Assembly (NCBI RefSeq): GCF_003334785.1
Contig: NZ_QOWV01000008.1
Strand: one strand, 5' to 3'
Length of the DNA stretch: 64,000 nt
DNA from: Escherichia coli
GTDB taxonomy: Bacteria > Pseudomonadota > Gammaproteobacteria > Enterobacterales > Enterobacteriaceae
Below, piece after piece: positions 50,487-62,541 of this stretch (positions are counted from its first letter, which is position 1; each line of letters begins with the position of its first letter). The notes beneath the pieces are model-generated. The model was not told where the DNA came from, ran no database searches, and worked only from the letters and a program-made list of their open reading frames with translations. Position numbers and translations under genes: made by a program.

Positions 50487-51677
50487 CTATGCCGCATTCC
50501 CTTTCGCCATGGGAGCCAGTGCCGCAGGCAACTCTTTACCCAGCCCCTGCACCAGCGAATCTTGCGTAATTTCGCTGATCGATTTCGCGCCAGTCAGCGT
50601 CATCGCCACTTTCATCTCTTTTTCGATCAGATTTAGCAGGTTAGCTACACCCGCCTGGCCCGCTGTTGCCAGCGCATACAAGAAAGCACGACCCAGCAGT
50701 ACGGTGTCGGCACCGAGCGCAATCATACGCACGACATCAAGCCCGTTACGAATTCCGCTATCCGCCAGAATGGCTATATCACCTTTCACCGCATCTGCAA
50801 TAGCAGGCAGTGCACGGGCGGAAGAGAGTACACCGTCCAGCTGGCGGCCACCGTGGTTAGAAACCACAATTCCATCAGCACCAAAACGTACTGCATCGCG
50901 CGCATCTTCCGGATCGAGGATCCCTTTGATCACCATCGGGCCATCCCAGAAATCGCGGATCCATTCAAGGTCTTTCCATGAGATGGACGGATCGAAGTTA
51001 TTCCCCAGCCAGCCGATGTAATCTTCCAGTCCGGTCGGTTTGCCGAGATAAGCTGAGATATTACCTAAATCATGTGGACGACCGTTCAGGCCCACATCCC
51101 ACGCCCATTGCGGATGTGTCACCGCTTGCAAGTAGCGGCGCATTGCCGCGTTCGGGCCGCTCATACCTGAATGCGCATCACGGTAGCGTGCGCCCGGTGT
51201 CGGCATATCCACGGTGAAAACCAGCGTCGAACAACCCGCTGCTTTTGCTCGCTCCAGCGCGTTACGCATAAAGCCGCGATCGCGCAGTACATAAAGCTGG
51301 AACCACATTGGGCGCTTGATGGCTGGCGCGACTTCTTCAATCGGGCAAACGGAAACCGTCGAGAGAGTAAACGGAATACCATGCGCGTCCGCCGCTTTGG
51401 CTGCCTGAACTTCGCCACGACGCGCATACATGCCACACAAACCCACCGGAGCCAGTGCCACCGGCATCGACAATTTCTCATTAAACAGCGTCGTTTCCAG
51501 GCTTAAGTCGGACATGTTTTTCAGAATACGCTGGCGCAGCGCCACTTCTGACAAATCTTCCACGTTGCGGCGCAGCGTGTATTCAGAATATGCACCACCA
51601 TCCATATAGTGGAACAGGAACGGCGGCAGAATGCGTTGCGCTGCGGCGCGATAATCGCTGGCTGCGGAAATAATCAT
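50487..51677 (-). CDS. lldD: L-lactate dehydrogenase (FMN-dependent)
   Basis: 396 aa [29 protein letters not shown]... Confidence 0.95.
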
Positions 51678-52450
51678 GCGTTTTTCTCCCTCGAATGCTC
51701 ATTATGCTCACCGGGCAGGCGGGTAATCCGTGCGTGGCGAGCCTGATCTTCATCGAATCGTTTCATGGTGGTGTGAACAAAACTAAGGTGCGCCATCATT
51801 GCTTTACGCGCCCCGTCAGCATCACCGGCAAAAATGGCGTCAATGACAGCCTGATGTTGTTCGGTCAGTTGTGAAAAAACCGGTGGCACCAGATACATCC
51901 GCTGACGGCTATGCTTCACTGAGGATTGCAGGACATCGAAGAAACCGCGCATGGTTTGCAGCAGCACGATGTTATGTGAGGCTTCGGCAATCGCCAGATG
52001 AAAACGAACGTCCGCTTGTGAGGCGATATCCGGGTCTTCACTTAGCGTTGCTTCAAAGCAAAGCTGAATCTTTTCTTTGTCGCCAGGTGTGGCGCGCATT
52101 GCCGCATGCCATGCGGTGCTGGCTTCAATGGCGTAGCGGGCTTCCAGAATATCGAAACTGTAATCCGGATCATCGGCCATCAGTGTTTTTAGCGGCTGGA
52201 CGATGTTTTGCTCCGACCATGTGTCATGACGCCAGCGAATAAACGTCCCGCCGCCGCGTCGACTGAGCAGCACGCCTTCACTCACCAGTTTTGCCAGCGC
52301 CTCGCGCAGTGAATTACGTGATACGCCGAGTTGCATCGCCAGTTGGCGCTCAGCGGGCAACTTCATGCCCGCTTCCAGGTTTTTTTCATCAATCAGCGCC
52401 CGCACACGATCGGCAACCTCGTCTGACAGGCGTCTGGGTAAAACAATCAT
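51674..52450 (-). CDS. lldR: GntR-family regulator LldR
   Basis: 258 aa from [15 protein letters not shown]; start overlaps lldP stop (TAATG). Confidence 0.9.
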
Positions 52451-54105
52451 TAAGGAATCATCCACGTTAAGACATAAGCCTGAAGCGTGGTGATCACGCC
52501 CACTATACAGGTGAAGATCAGGCTGTGTTTGACAGTAAAGCGGAACAAATCAGACTCTTTGCCCACCAGGCCTACCGCCGCACAGGCGATAGCGATAGAT
52601 TGCGGGGAGATCATCTTACCGGTGACGCCACCGGTGGTATTGGCGGCAACCAGCAACAGATCAGAGACGCCAATTTGTTGTGCTGCGGTGGCTTGCAGCG
52701 CGGCGAACAGGGCGTTAGATGAGGTATCCGACCCGGTCAGGAATACCCCCAGCCAGCCGAGGAACGGCGAGAAGAAGGTGAATGCATGACCGGTGTGCGC
52801 CAGTGCCAGCGCCAGTGTTGATGACAGTCCGGAATAGTTCGAAATAAAGGCGAATGCCAGCACCATACCGATGGAGTAGATGGGCAGAGCCAGTTCTTTC
52901 AGCGTGCTGCCGAAGGTGCTGATAGCGTCAGACGGTTTCATCTTCAGCCAGACAATCGAGAGCAGTGCAGCAAACAGAATGGCGGTGCCGGTGGCAGAGA
53001 ACCAGTCAAACTTAAACACGGCGGCATAGGCTGTAGCCTCGCTGACCACTGGCGGCATACGGGCAACCAGTTTATCGAGGTACGGCACCGGAATATTGAT
53101 CACCCACTCATACAGCGCGCCACCCGATGCGAACAGGGCTTTAAACGGCGGGATACTCCACAGTGTTACGGTAGCTGTCAGGAACAGGAACGGTGTCCAG
53201 GCACGTAACACCTGACCCGCAGTGTAACCGGTGTGGGCCAGCGTCATATCAACCTGTGACGCCCCCAAATCACCAAAACGGAATACACGCACTGGCTGCC
53301 AGCGTTTGAGGAACAGCGTCAGGCAGAGCAGTGATACCAGCGAAGAGATAATGTCCGGCAGCTCCGGCCCAATGAAGTTAGAGCTAAGGTACTGAGCGAT
53401 GGCAAACGAGCCGCCCGCAACCACGACCGCAGGCCACGTCTCTTTGATACCGCGCCAGCCGTCCATAATCGCCATGATCCAGAACAGCACGATAATGGTC
53501 ATAAACGGTAGCTGCCGCCCCACCATCTGACCAATCTCAAAGCTGTCGATACCTGTTACCTGTCCGGCAACCAGGATTGGAATGCCCATCGCACCAAATG
53601 CCACTGGCGCGGTGTTAACAATCAGGCACAGCCCGGCGGCGTACAGCGGTTTAAAACCCAGGCCGACCAGCAATGCGGCGGTAATTGCTACCGGTGCGCC
53701 AAAGCCTGCGGCTCCTTCAAGGAACGCGCCGAAACAGAAACCGACGATCAGCATTTGCAGACGCTGGTCAGGGGTTATCGAAAGAATAGACGAGCGAATG
53801 ATGTCAAACTGCCCGGTTTTGACCGAGATCTTATAGACGAACACCGCTGCAATAATGATCCACGCGATGGGCCACAACCCGTAGAAGAAACCATAAACCA
53901 CCGAGGCCAGCGCGTTAGCGACCGGCATTTTATAGAACAGCAAAGCCACGGCAAGGGCGATTGCCACCGTCCACGAGGCGGCGACGTATCCTTTCAGTTT
54001 GAGCTTAATCAGCGCAAAGAAGAAAAACAGGATGGGAAGCGATGCTATCAGACTGGAAAGCCAGATATTCCCGGCGGGATCGTAGTTTTGTTGCCAGAGA
54101 TTCAT
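52450..54105 (-). CDS. lldP: L-lactate permease
   Basis: 551 aa from [13 protein letters not shown]; polytopic membrane protein. Confidence 0.9.
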   Translation of the reverse strand: MNLWQQNYDPAGNIWLSSLIASLPILFFFFALIKLKLKGYVAASWTVAIALAVALLFYKMPVANALASVVYGFFYGLWPIAWIIIAAVFVYKISVKTGQFDIIRSSILSITPDQRLQMLIVGFCFGAFLEGAAGFGAPVAITAALLVGLGFKPLYAAGLCLIVNTAPVAFGAMGIPILVAGQVTGIDSFEIGQMVGRQLPFMTIIVLFWIMAIMDGWRGIKETWPAVVVAGGSFAIAQYLSSNFIGPELPDIISSLVSLLCLTLFLKRWQPVRVFRFGDLGASQVDMTLAHTGYTAGQVLRAWTPFLFLTATVTLWSIPPFKALFASGGALYEWVINIPVPYLDKLVARMPPVVSEATAYAAVFKFDWFSATGTAILFAALLSIVWLKMKPSDAISTFGSTLKELALPIYSIGMVLAFAFISNYSGLSSTLALALAHTGHAFTFFSPFLGWLGVFLTGSDTSSNALFAALQATAAQQIGVSDLLLVAANTTGGVTGKMISPQSIAIACAAVGLVGKESDLFRFTVKHSLIFTCIVGVITTLQAYVLTWMIP

Positions 54106-54177
54106 TGCAGGTCTCCTGGAGTCCACGCACATCGTGTAATGAGTCTGTTGCTCATCTCCTTGTCACACGTTGTGTAA

Positions 54178-54194
54178 AAGTGGCACTGCCAATT
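54178..54194. promoter_or_regulatory. Candidate LldR operator O2
   Basis: AAGTGG-cactg-CCAATT, one mismatch from the O1 palindrome. Confidence 0.45.
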
Positions 54195-54303
54195 GTGTTG
54201 TGTAGGGATAATGACAATGAATGGTTAACTAAATGTTATGTATTGGCAACATTGATGTGAGTTTTAATTGGGAAATTGTGAACCAGAGGTCAGATAAGCG
54301 AAG

Positions 54304-54320
54304 AATTGGTAGGGCCAATT
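54304..54320. promoter_or_regulatory. Candidate LldR operator O1
   Basis: Perfect palindrome AATTGG-taggg-CCAATT, about 126 bp upstream of O2. Confidence 0.55.
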
Positions 54321-54335
54321 CTTGTGGGGGGAGAT

Positions 54336-54378
54336 GTCTGGTAAAGAAAAGGGCAATCCTCATCAGAGAATTGCCCTT
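54336..54378 (-). terminator. Intrinsic terminator of yibL
   Basis: aagggcaat / attgccctt stem followed on the minus strand by a T-rich run. Confidence 0.5.
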
Positions 54379-54397
54379 AGGTTGTTGATCCAGAGCG

Positions 54398-54441
54398 CCT
54401 TATCTTGCCGGATGCGGCGTGAACACCTTACTCGGCCTATA
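54398..54441. repeat. REP (repetitive extragenic palindrome)
   Basis: GCCGGATGCGGCGTGAACACCTTACTCGGCCTA matches the REP family. Confidence 0.65.
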
Positions 54442-54476
54442 GGAATGTGCAGAATCACCCTGTAGATACTGTGTTC

Positions 54477-54839
54477 TTAAAACGCGGTCTTTGAAAACCC
54501 AGTCATCTCCTGCAGGCCCATTTCGCGGCCCAGTGCGGTCATTGGGTGCACAACGACCAGTCCGCAAACACTTTTCTTCAGCTTGCCCATATCAGCCTGC
54601 TCTTTTTTGGTAATTGCGCGCTGGAATGGCATCTTCATCAGCTTCTGTGCTTCTTTACTCAGTTTTTGGCTATGAACTTCACGCAGGCGAGCAATTTCTG
54701 CTTCCAGCGTGGCTTTCTCTTTTTCCAGCTCGGCATATTTGTCTGCGGCTTCAACCAGCGAAAGATCGGCCTGCTGGTGGCGGATGGCGTCCAGGCGATC
54801 GCTGAGACGTTTGATTTCGTTTTTTTCGACTTCTTTCAT
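54477..54839 (-). CDS. yibL: Uncharacterised protein YibL
   Basis: 120 aa [35 protein letters not shown]... Confidence 0.8.
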   Translation of the reverse strand: MKEVEKNEIKRLSDRLDAIRHQQADLSLVEAADKYAELEKEKATLEAEIARLREVHSQKLSKEAQKLMKMPFQRAITKKEQADMGKLKKSVCGLVVVHPMTALGREMGLQEMTGFSKTAF

Positions 54840-55123
54840 GTGATGGCTTCTGATAAAGATAAATTTATAGCCCCTAGTATGCGCGACCAGGTGCTTTGTT
54901 CACAACTAATGACATTGTAATAGTTCTGTAACGTAATCATTAACATGCTCAAAAACTACGCAATTCGTTGATTAATTAAGAAATCTATAGAAAAAAGATA
55001 ATAAACAGCAGCGGATGATTATTGAGGATTCAGCACGTTTTCCTTAATGTCATCTTTACCGGGAACCTAAACTAAAATTGGCGGCCGCGCATTCCCGGCG
55101 CGGGGTAATACGGAGATATCATC

Positions 55124-55333
55124 ATGGGCAAATTAGGTGAAAACGTTCCGCTTCTTATCGATAAAGCCGTAGATTTCATGGCATCAAGCCAGGCGTTCCG
55201 GGAGTATCTGAAAAAACTTCCTCCCCGTAACGCGATTCCGTCCGGAATACCCGATGAAAGCGTGCCGTTATATCTACAACGTCTGGAGTATTATCGTCGG
55301 CTTTATCGGCCGAAGCAGGTAGAGGGGCAGTAA
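55124..55333 (+). CDS. yibT: Small protein YibT
   Basis: 69-aa ORF at the K-12 yibT position between yibL and mtlR. Confidence 0.65.
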
Positions 55334-55344
55334 GCAGACGTTGC

Positions 55345-55932
55345 TTACTTTTGAAAGGCTTTTTTTAAGCTGATTTTGGAAATCAGCTCAGTCAGTGAAA
55401 GGACCATTGTTGATCGCACAGCCTGTTGATAGCGCTGAATTTGCATTGCATACAAACTGGAGTCTGCTGGTTCAAACTGTGGCGGCGGTGGTAACGCCGC
55501 CACGCAGTGCAGTTCACCAAAGGGTCCAAGGATTTCGTCGTCGGTAAAGGCGTACTCGTTGCCGTCGTGATTTAGCTCTTCACGCAATGCCATCAGCAGT
55601 TCCGCATCTTCGTATTCCTGGCGGTTAATGACGCCCAACCCGTAAATGAGTTTTAAACGCACAGAAAGATCGCCCAGCGGACCATCGCCGTCGAGTAACG
55701 GTTCTACAGCATACTTCACCGCGTAATCGTCTTTGCGGAATACCTGAAGCACCAGAAGATTTACCGCCTCGGTCAGGAGCTCGACGGCGGTGATCAGAAA
55801 GCTTCGCACGGTTTTGCCAGCATTCAGACGCTCAAGCACACGGTTTTCAAAGGCCTGGGTTTGTTCCATTGTTGCCTGCATATCTGACAATCTGTTATTC
55901 GGGCGCAGGGTGTCCTGCGCCTGGTCCACCAT
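55345..55932 (-). CDS. mtlR: Mannitol operon repressor
   Basis: 195 aa [25 protein letters not shown]... Confidence 0.9.
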   Translation of the reverse strand: MVDQAQDTLRPNNRLSDMQATMEQTQAFENRVLERLNAGKTVRSFLITAVELLTEAVNLLVLQVFRKDDYAVKYAVEPLLDGDGPLGDLSVRLKLIYGLGVINRQEYEDAELLMALREELNHDGNEYAFTDDEILGPFGELHCVAALPPPPQFEPADSSLYAMQIQRYQQAVRSTMVLSLTELISKISLKKAFQK

Positions 55933-57080
55933 TATTGCATTGCTTTATAAGCGGTTACCGCCTCGGATACAACCTCGCTGTTGGCATCAAGACCGGAAAT
56001 CTGTGCCAGCGCCGCCTGCGGACCTTTGTCAGCGATCAGTGCTGCCAGTTCCTGAGCCTGCGGATCATCTTCACTGCGGAAGTGCATTGCAGCGGCAATA
56101 CCTTCAATCAGGTTTTTATGTGGCAGACCATATTCCAGCGTACCGAGCAGTGGCTTGATCAGACGGTCGCCAGCACTCAGTTTACGCAGTGGCTGACGGC
56201 CTACGCGCTCTACATCATCTTTCAGATACGGGTTCTCAAAACGGCCGAGAATTTTCTGGATGTACGCCGCATGCTTGTCAGCGTCAAAGCCGTAGCGCTT
56301 GATCAATACTGCACCACTTTCTTCCATCGCACCTTTTACCACCGCGCGGATTTTCTCGTCGAGAATCGCGTCACGAATGGTCTGATGACCGGCCAGTTTT
56401 CCGAGGTACGCGGTTATAGCATGACCCGTGTTCAGGGTGAAGAGTTTACGTTCGACAAATGCCATCAGGTTGTCGGTTAACTCCATGCCTGGGATGTTCG
56501 ACAGTGCGCCTTTGAACTGCGTTTTATCGACAATCCATTCGCTGAAGGTTTCTACCGTCACTTCCAGCGGATCGTTAGTTGCCGAAGCCGAAGGCGGTAC
56601 GATGCGGTCAACGGCGGAATCGACAAAGCCAACGTGTTCTTCTACCCACGCTTTGGCGTCTTCCGGCAGGGCGTTCATCACATGGCCTTTCAGCTGCGTG
56701 GTACCGCGTACCATGTTTTCACAGGCGATGATGTTCAGCGGGGATTCATTACCTTGTTCTTTACGTTTCACCAGCCCTTTGGCGATTGCCGGAGCAATAC
56801 GTTCCAGCACAACCGGGCCAACGGCGGTAGTGACTAAATCAACCTGAGCAATCAGATCAACGACATCATCACCAATGCTGCTGACAGCATTGACGCCGGA
56901 AACGGTATCTACCTGCTCGGTTTCACCAACCACATGTACCTGATAGCTATGACGGGCATTCAGGGCATCAAGTACCACCTGATTGACATCGGCAAACGTC
57001 AGTTGGATACCCGCGTCTGCCAGCAGTTTACCGATAAAGCCACGACCGATATTACCTGCGCCAAAATGTAATGCTTTCAT
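55932..57080 (-). CDS. mtlD: Mannitol-1-phosphate 5-dehydrogenase
   Basis: 382 aa from [15 protein letters not shown]; the 488-aa track ORF reads through the upstream repeat region. Confidence 0.95.
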   Translation of the reverse strand: MKALHFGAGNIGRGFIGKLLADAGIQLTFADVNQVVLDALNARHSYQVHVVGETEQVDTVSGVNAVSSIGDDVVDLIAQVDLVTTAVGPVVLERIAPAIAKGLVKRKEQGNESPLNIIACENMVRGTTQLKGHVMNALPEDAKAWVEEHVGFVDSAVDRIVPPSASATNDPLEVTVETFSEWIVDKTQFKGALSNIPGMELTDNLMAFVERKLFTLNTGHAITAYLGKLAGHQTIRDAILDEKIRAVVKGAMEESGAVLIKRYGFDADKHAAYIQKILGRFENPYLKDDVERVGRQPLRKLSAGDRLIKPLLGTLEYGLPHKNLIEGIAAAMHFRSEDDPQAQELAALIADKGPQAALAQISGLDANSEVVSEAVTAYKAMQ

Positions 57081-57084
57081 AGTA

Positions 57085-57309
57085 TTAACCTTCATCAATG
57101 TTTTTACCCGAGAGGGCTGGGGTGAGGCTTTTCCCTCACCCAAACCCTCTCCGTGAGGAGAGGGGCAGCGCCGGATGCGGCGTAAGCGCCTTATCCGGCC
57201 TACAAGAACGTGCAAATTCAACAAATTGTGATGCATCCTGTAGGCCTGATAAGCGTAGCGCATCAGGCAATTAACCCCACCTTCTCCATGTGGAGAGGGT
57301 GGGATTGGA
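57085..57309. repeat. BIME-type repeat cluster between mtlA and mtlD
   Basis: Two opposed REP units (GCCGGATGCGGCGTAAGCGCCTTATCCGGCCTAC and TGTAGGCCTGATAAGCGTAGCGCATCAGGC) flanked by GGGTGAGG/CCCTCACCC and CCCTCTCC/GGAGAGGG hairpin modules. Confidence 0.75.
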
Positions 57310-59223
57310 TTACTTACGACCTGCCAGCAGTTCCAGCACTTCATCCACGCTGGTGGTGTGTGCCAGACGCTCGATGACGGACTCATCATCCAGTGCATTG
57401 GTCAGGCTGGTGATAACCTGAATGTGCTCGTTGTTACGGGCAGCAATACCAATCACCAGACGGGCAATGTCATCTTCTTCTTCACCGAAGCGCACGCCTT
57501 CCGGGTACTGGCAGAACACGACGCCCGTTTTCAGTACGCGATCTTTCGCTTCAACCGTACCGTGTGGCACCGCGATAGACTCACCCAGATAAGTCGGGGT
57601 CAGTTTTTCACGATCCAGCATCGCCTGAACGTATTCCGGCTCAACGTAACCGCCTTTCACCAGCTGCTCGCCAGCAAAACGAATCGCTTCTTCTTTGGTT
57701 GCCGCTTTGCGACCGAGGAAGATGTTCTCCGCGCCTAGCTTGAACAGGTTAGCACTGGAATCGTCAAAGCTGTCTTTCAGGCTGTCTTTTACTTTCTCTT
57801 CGTTTGCCGTGTGGCGTTGGGCAGCAACCAGACGTTCGGTCAGGCTGGTGTACAGGCCGCTGTCGAGGAAGTTGGTCAGCGAAATATGCTGTGCCTGCGG
57901 AACCTGGCGCATAGCGCGTTCGGTCAGGTCACGGTGAGTGATGACGAGGTCCACATCTGGCGGCAGGTTGTTGATCGCGCTGTTAGTAACAGAAATCTGC
58001 GACAGACCTGCATCCTGAATTTTCTTACGCAGAACGCCTGCGCCCATCGCACTGGAACCCATACCGGCGTCACAGGCAACGATGATTTTACGTACGTGGC
58101 TCAGGTCGTTAGTCACATCGCCAGCAGACAGCGGAGATGCGCCTTTAGACTCAGCTTTCATGTCCTGCATACGACGAGTTGCTGCTTCAATATCATCTTC
58201 TTCTTTCACTTTGCTGGTTTTCAGCAAAATAGCAGAGACAACGAAGGAGACAGCCATCGCCGCACACACACCCGCGATGTTAGCGAAGTAAGCACCTTTT
58301 GGTGTCATCGCCAGTACAGCAAGGATAGAACCCGGAGATGCCGGAGAAACCAGACCACCGCCCAGGATAGTCAGCGTGAACACGCCAGTCATACCGCCGA
58401 GGATGACTGCGAGGATCAGACGCGGATTCATCAGCACATACGGGAAGTAGATTTCGTGGATACCCCCCAGGAAGTGGATGATTGCCGCACCGCCCGCAGA
58501 CTGTTTAGCGCTACCACGACCAAAGAACATGTACGCCAGCAGCACGCCCATACCTGGACCTGGGTTAGCTTCAATCAGGAAGAAGATTGATTTACCCAGT
58601 TCATGGGACTGCTGAATACCCAGCGGCGAGAAGATACCGTGGTTAATGGCGTTGTTGAGGAACAGGATTTTCGCCGGTTCAACAAAGATAGACGCCAGCG
58701 GCAGCATGTCATGGACAACCATGAAGTTAACGCCCGCAGCCAGCATTTTGGACAGGGCTTCAACAATCGGGCCAATGCCGAGGAATGCCAGAATAGCGAG
58801 GATCATCCCGATGATGCCTGCGGAGAAGTTATTCACCAGCATCTCAAAACCGGATTTGATCTTACCGTCTACCCAGCGGTCGAAGTGCTTAATGCACCAG
58901 CCGCCCAGCGGACCTGCAATCATAGAACCGAGGAACATCGGCATGTCTGCGCCGACGATAACGCCCATGGTGGTGATGGCACCGACTACGCCGCCACGTT
59001 CGCCGCCTACCAGCTTACCACCGGTATAACCGATCAGCAGCGGCAGGAGATAAGTGATCATCGGCCCGACCAGCTTCGCCAGCGTCTCGTTCGGTAACCA
59101 CCCTGTTGGAATAAATAACGCGGTGATGATACCCCACGCGATAAACGCGCCGATATTTGGCATCACCATGTTGCTGAGGAAACGACCAAAGCTTTGCACT
59201 TTGATCTTAATATCGGATGACAT
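57310..59223 (-). CDS. mtlA: PTS mannitol-specific EIICBA
   Basis: 637 aa [32 protein letters not shown]... Confidence 0.95.
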   Translation of the reverse strand: MSSDIKIKVQSFGRFLSNMVMPNIGAFIAWGIITALFIPTGWLPNETLAKLVGPMITYLLPLLIGYTGGKLVGGERGGVVGAITTMGVIVGADMPMFLGSMIAGPLGGWCIKHFDRWVDGKIKSGFEMLVNNFSAGIIGMILAILAFLGIGPIVEALSKMLAAGVNFMVVHDMLPLASIFVEPAKILFLNNAINHGIFSPLGIQQSHELGKSIFFLIEANPGPGMGVLLAYMFFGRGSAKQSAGGAAIIHFLGGIHEIYFPYVLMNPRLILAVILGGMTGVFTLTILGGGLVSPASPGSILAVLAMTPKGAYFANIAGVCAAMAVSFVVSAILLKTSKVKEEDDIEAATRRMQDMKAESKGASPLSAGDVTNDLSHVRKIIVACDAGMGSSAMGAGVLRKKIQDAGLSQISVTNSAINNLPPDVDLVITHRDLTERAMRQVPQAQHISLTNFLDSGLYTSLTERLVAAQRHTANEEKVKDSLKDSFDDSSANLFKLGAENIFLGRKAATKEEAIRFAGEQLVKGGYVEPEYVQAMLDREKLTPTYLGESIAVPHGTVEAKDRVLKTGVVFCQYPEGVRFGEEEDDIARLVIGIAARNNEHIQVITSLTNALDDESVIERLAHTTSVDEVLELLAGRK

Positions 59224-59363
59224 AAAAACACCCCTTCTTATGTTTGCTGTCGCGCAGGCTGGAAGCCCGAGGTTTTTTGTTAATGTGGCGGCAGAGGTAG
59301 CCGGACCTTGTAGATACTGCGAAATCTGGCACTGAATCGGTTAACTGTCCAGTCGACGGCCTT

Positions 59364-59546
59364 TTGTGTGATATCAATCACATAAATATAGGGGGTAGAG
59401 AGGTAATTGACGTGACGTTCATCACAAAACGCTTGTGTAAAAAAGCAACAAGGCGGCGATTTTCGCTAAAAATGGCATTTAAATGTGAGTAGTGTCACAT
59501 TTTTGTTTTGATGGTTTGTTGAATCTTTGTGATCTGAATCACAAGA
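59364..59546. promoter_or_regulatory. Array of CRP binding sites in the mtlA promoter
   Basis: Three perfect TGTGA-N6-TCACA sites at 59367-59382, 59484-59499 and 59528-59543, plus near-perfect CGTGA-N6-TCACA at 59411-59426. Confidence 0.65.
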
Positions 59547-59759
59547 TATTTTCTTACGGCGTTCACCTGATGTGATCTACAGCATGTTATGCCTTCGTCA
59601 TACAATCGTTATGTAACTAAGCAACTCATCACCTCTAAAAATTATTCTTTGGTGTTATGGCGAGAATCGCGAACCCGGATTATTGTCAAAATATCAGCCT
59701 GACTCCCTTCTGGCTGCCAGCCCAAAAACAACACTGATAAACGTGAATCCGAGGCAGAT

Positions 59760-60122
59760 ATGTTTCTAAACTATTTCGCGTTGGGAGTGCTGATCTTCGT
59801 CTTTCTGGTGATTTTTTATGGAATCATCGCGATACATGACATCCCTTATCTGATTGCCAAAAAGCGCAACCATCCCCATGCCGACGCTATTCATACGGCG
59901 GGCTGGGTGAGCCTGTTTACTCTGCATGTTATCTGGCCGTTTCTGTGGATCTGGGCGACGCTCTATCAACCGGAGCGTGGCTGGGGTATGCAGTCACATG
60001 TTGCGTCGCAGGAGAAAGCGACTGACCCGGAAATCGCCGCACTTTCTGACCGAATTTCCCGGCTGGAGCATCAACTCGCCGCCGAGAAAAAGACTGACTA
60101 TTCCACGTTCCCGGAGATCTAA
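59760..60122 (+). CDS. yibI: Inner membrane protein YibI
   Basis: 120 aa [29 protein letters not shown]... Confidence 0.8.
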   Translation: MFLNYFALGVLIFVFLVIFYGIIAIHDIPYLIAKKRNHPHADAIHTAGWVSLFTLHVIWPFLWIWATLYQPERGWGMQSHVASQEKATDPEIAALSDRISRLEHQLAAEKKTDYSTFPEI

Positions 60123-60124
60123 TT

Positions 60125-61261
60125 ATGGATCTATTGATTGTTTTAACTTACGTGGCGCTGGCGTGGGCGGTCTTTAAAATCTTCCGCATTCCGGTAAATC
60201 AGTGGACGCTGGCGACGGCGGCGCTGGGAGGCGTGTTTCTGGTGAGTGGTTTGATTTTGTTGATGAACTACAACCACCCTTACACTTTTACCGCGCAAAA
60301 GGCAGTGATAGCGATCCCTATCACGCCACAGGTGACGGGAATTGTTACTGAAGTCACTGACAAGAATAATCAGCTTATTCAAAAGGGCGAGGTGCTTTTT
60401 AAGCTCGACCCGGTTCGTTACCAGGCGCGAGTTGACAGACTTCAGGCTGACCTGATGACGGCGACGCATAATATAAAGACGCTGCGTGCGCAGCTCACTG
60501 AAGCGCAGGCCAACACCACCCAGGTTTCAGCGGAGCGCGACCGTCTGTTTAAAAATTATCAACGTTACTTGAAAGGCAGCCAGGCGGCGGTGAATCCGTT
60601 CTCGGAACGTGACATCGACGATGCGCGGCAAAATTTCCTCGCGCAGGATGCGCTGGTGAAAGGCTCGGTGGCGGAGCAGGCGCAGATCCAGAGCCAGCTC
60701 GACAGTATGGTTAACGGCGAGCAATCGCAGATTGTGAGCTTAAGAGCGCAACTTACTGAAGCAAAATATAACCTTGAGCAGACTGTCATTCGCGCGCCGA
60801 GCAATGGCTACGTTACTCAGGTACTGATCCGCCCAGGTACATACGCAGCTGCCTTGCCGCTGCGTCCGGTGATGGTCTTCATCCCCGAGCAAAAACGGCA
60901 AATTGTCGCCCAATTTCGGCAAAACTCGCTGTTACGTCTGAAACCCGGCGATGATGCGGAAGTGGTGTTTAACGCGCTACCTGGGCAGGTGTTTCACGGC
61001 AAACTGACTAGTATTTTACCTGTCGTGCCAGGCGGTTCTTATCAGGCGCAGGGGGTATTGCAATCATTAACGGTCGTGCCCGGCACGGACGGTGTGCTGG
61101 GAACCATTGAACTGGACCCTAACGATGATATCGATGCCTTACCCGACGGCATCTACGCCCAGGTGGCGGTTTACTCCGACCATTTCAGCCATGTTTCGGT
61201 GATGCGGAAAGTGCTGCTAAGAATGACCAGCTGGATGCATTATCTTTATTTGGATCATTGA
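60125..61261 (+). CDS. yibH: HlyD-family membrane fusion-type protein YibH
   Basis: 378 aa with N-terminal TM and coiled-coil region; 2-bp gap after yibI. Confidence 0.85.
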   Translation: MDLLIVLTYVALAWAVFKIFRIPVNQWTLATAALGGVFLVSGLILLMNYNHPYTFTAQKAVIAIPITPQVTGIVTEVTDKNNQLIQKGEVLFKLDPVRYQARVDRLQADLMTATHNIKTLRAQLTEAQANTTQVSAERDRLFKNYQRYLKGSQAAVNPFSERDIDDARQNFLAQDALVKGSVAEQAQIQSQLDSMVNGEQSQIVSLRAQLTEAKYNLEQTVIRAPSNGYVTQVLIRPGTYAAALPLRPVMVFIPEQKRQIVAQFRQNSLLRLKPGDDAEVVFNALPGQVFHGKLTSILPVVPGGSYQAQGVLQSLTVVPGTDGVLGTIELDPNDDIDALPDGIYAQVAVYSDHFSHVSVMRKVLLRMTSWMHYLYLDH

Positions 61262-61823
61262 GGGGGAGGGGGGAGATTATGGAACTTTGCTCCTTGTAAG
61301 GACTAATTATTTTTGCATATTACTTCATTAGCTGCGATGATTTTTCTTTAATATTCATTATGTTAATAAGTTCTGGATGAGTGTGCTCTCATTGGATTTT
61401 TTATCCGTCTTGTTCTGCCGCAGGATGAGACTATACATCGTCGAGATCGCAATGATGATATGAGTTGTTCCTCCTGCGACGGCTCTAATCAAAAAAGAGC
61501 AGGAGTGCTTTTCCATCTATTGCGATGATGGCTTTATTATCTGAAGGATGACAGTCACATTTAAAAAATATTTAATCTATAGATCACAATGTAGGGTCAT
61601 GGAATATATGTATACAACTATTTTCTTCTTCACTTTTAATTATCGTATTCATTATAAAACTAAGTTAAAAAAACTCCTGGAGAGTGAGTTATTAATATAT
61701 TTTTAAATAAAATTAAGTTATCATTCATCGATGCACTTTATAGAATCATCAATGGCCATAATAGTACTATTAACTCTCAATTTTATATTTTTATCATCAC
61801 TACAAATATTAACTGAATTTATA

Positions 61824-62242
61824 TCAATGATTTTTTTTATTCTTATCTTTTATTTTATTTACTGTTTCAATGCAATCAGCGGCAAGTTGGAGTGGATTTA
61901 GATTTTTCAGATATGGTCTTATGATCTTTCCCTTACTTAATAAATAGCATGTATAGGATTCGGAAAGTCCAGCATCTATTTTGTACCTCCTTATATTAGA
62001 TAAGGATGTGAGAAATTCCTTGTTATCATTCGCAGCCATATATGCCAGTCCGAGTTCAGCCTCTGCGGCCTTACAGGCAAAATAGCTTAGTGAACACGCT
62101 TTTCGTCCCTCTTTAGTACTGGCTGATATTAGTGCCCATAATATTGCTTTGTCTGCCAAATCTAACTCTCTCTGAAATTGTCTTGCAGTAACTGCACTCG
62201 CAGAAATAGAGAAAAAAATACAATTGTTAATAACCTTGCCAT
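61824..62242 (-). pseudogene. Secreted Sel1-like repeat protein (putative Rhs immunity-type), apparently frameshifted in a homopolymer
   Basis: ATG at 62242 opens MARLLTIVFF then stops after 26 codons; the 111-aa Sel1-like body (61824-62159) is in the frame 2 downstream; one extra A in the A7 run at 62212-62218 would restore a signal peptide plus body. Confidence 0.5.
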
Positions 62243-62541
62243 ATTTTTTAGTCCGTAACTGTTAATGTGCTATCTGGCTCTGAAAATATTAACTCATTTA
62301 ATTTTTGCATGTCATTAGATAAACCAGTTATACAACCCTCGGAACAGAATCGAGGTCCTAAAGACGGACCAAAAGCGTTTAAACAACTATGTATTGAAAA
62401 TCCATTGCGATTATAAGTTCCTGTATTAACTGACGGTACTAATCGTATGCCGTCAGGTTTTCTATTGCTTGCTCCCGGGTCATTAACATTCCAACTCCAT
62501 AGGCCTTGAGGTATTGGCCATCTATTTATAAATGTGTACAA

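Noticed and set aside
57811-58590. 259-aa plus-strand ORF antisense to mtlA
   Set aside because: Shadow ORF within mtlA.
62248-62541. 97-aa minus-strand ORF as an independent gene
   Set aside because: It starts at a TTG two codons after an in-frame stop and lies within the degenerate Rhs fragment; more likely decayed tip sequence than a gene.
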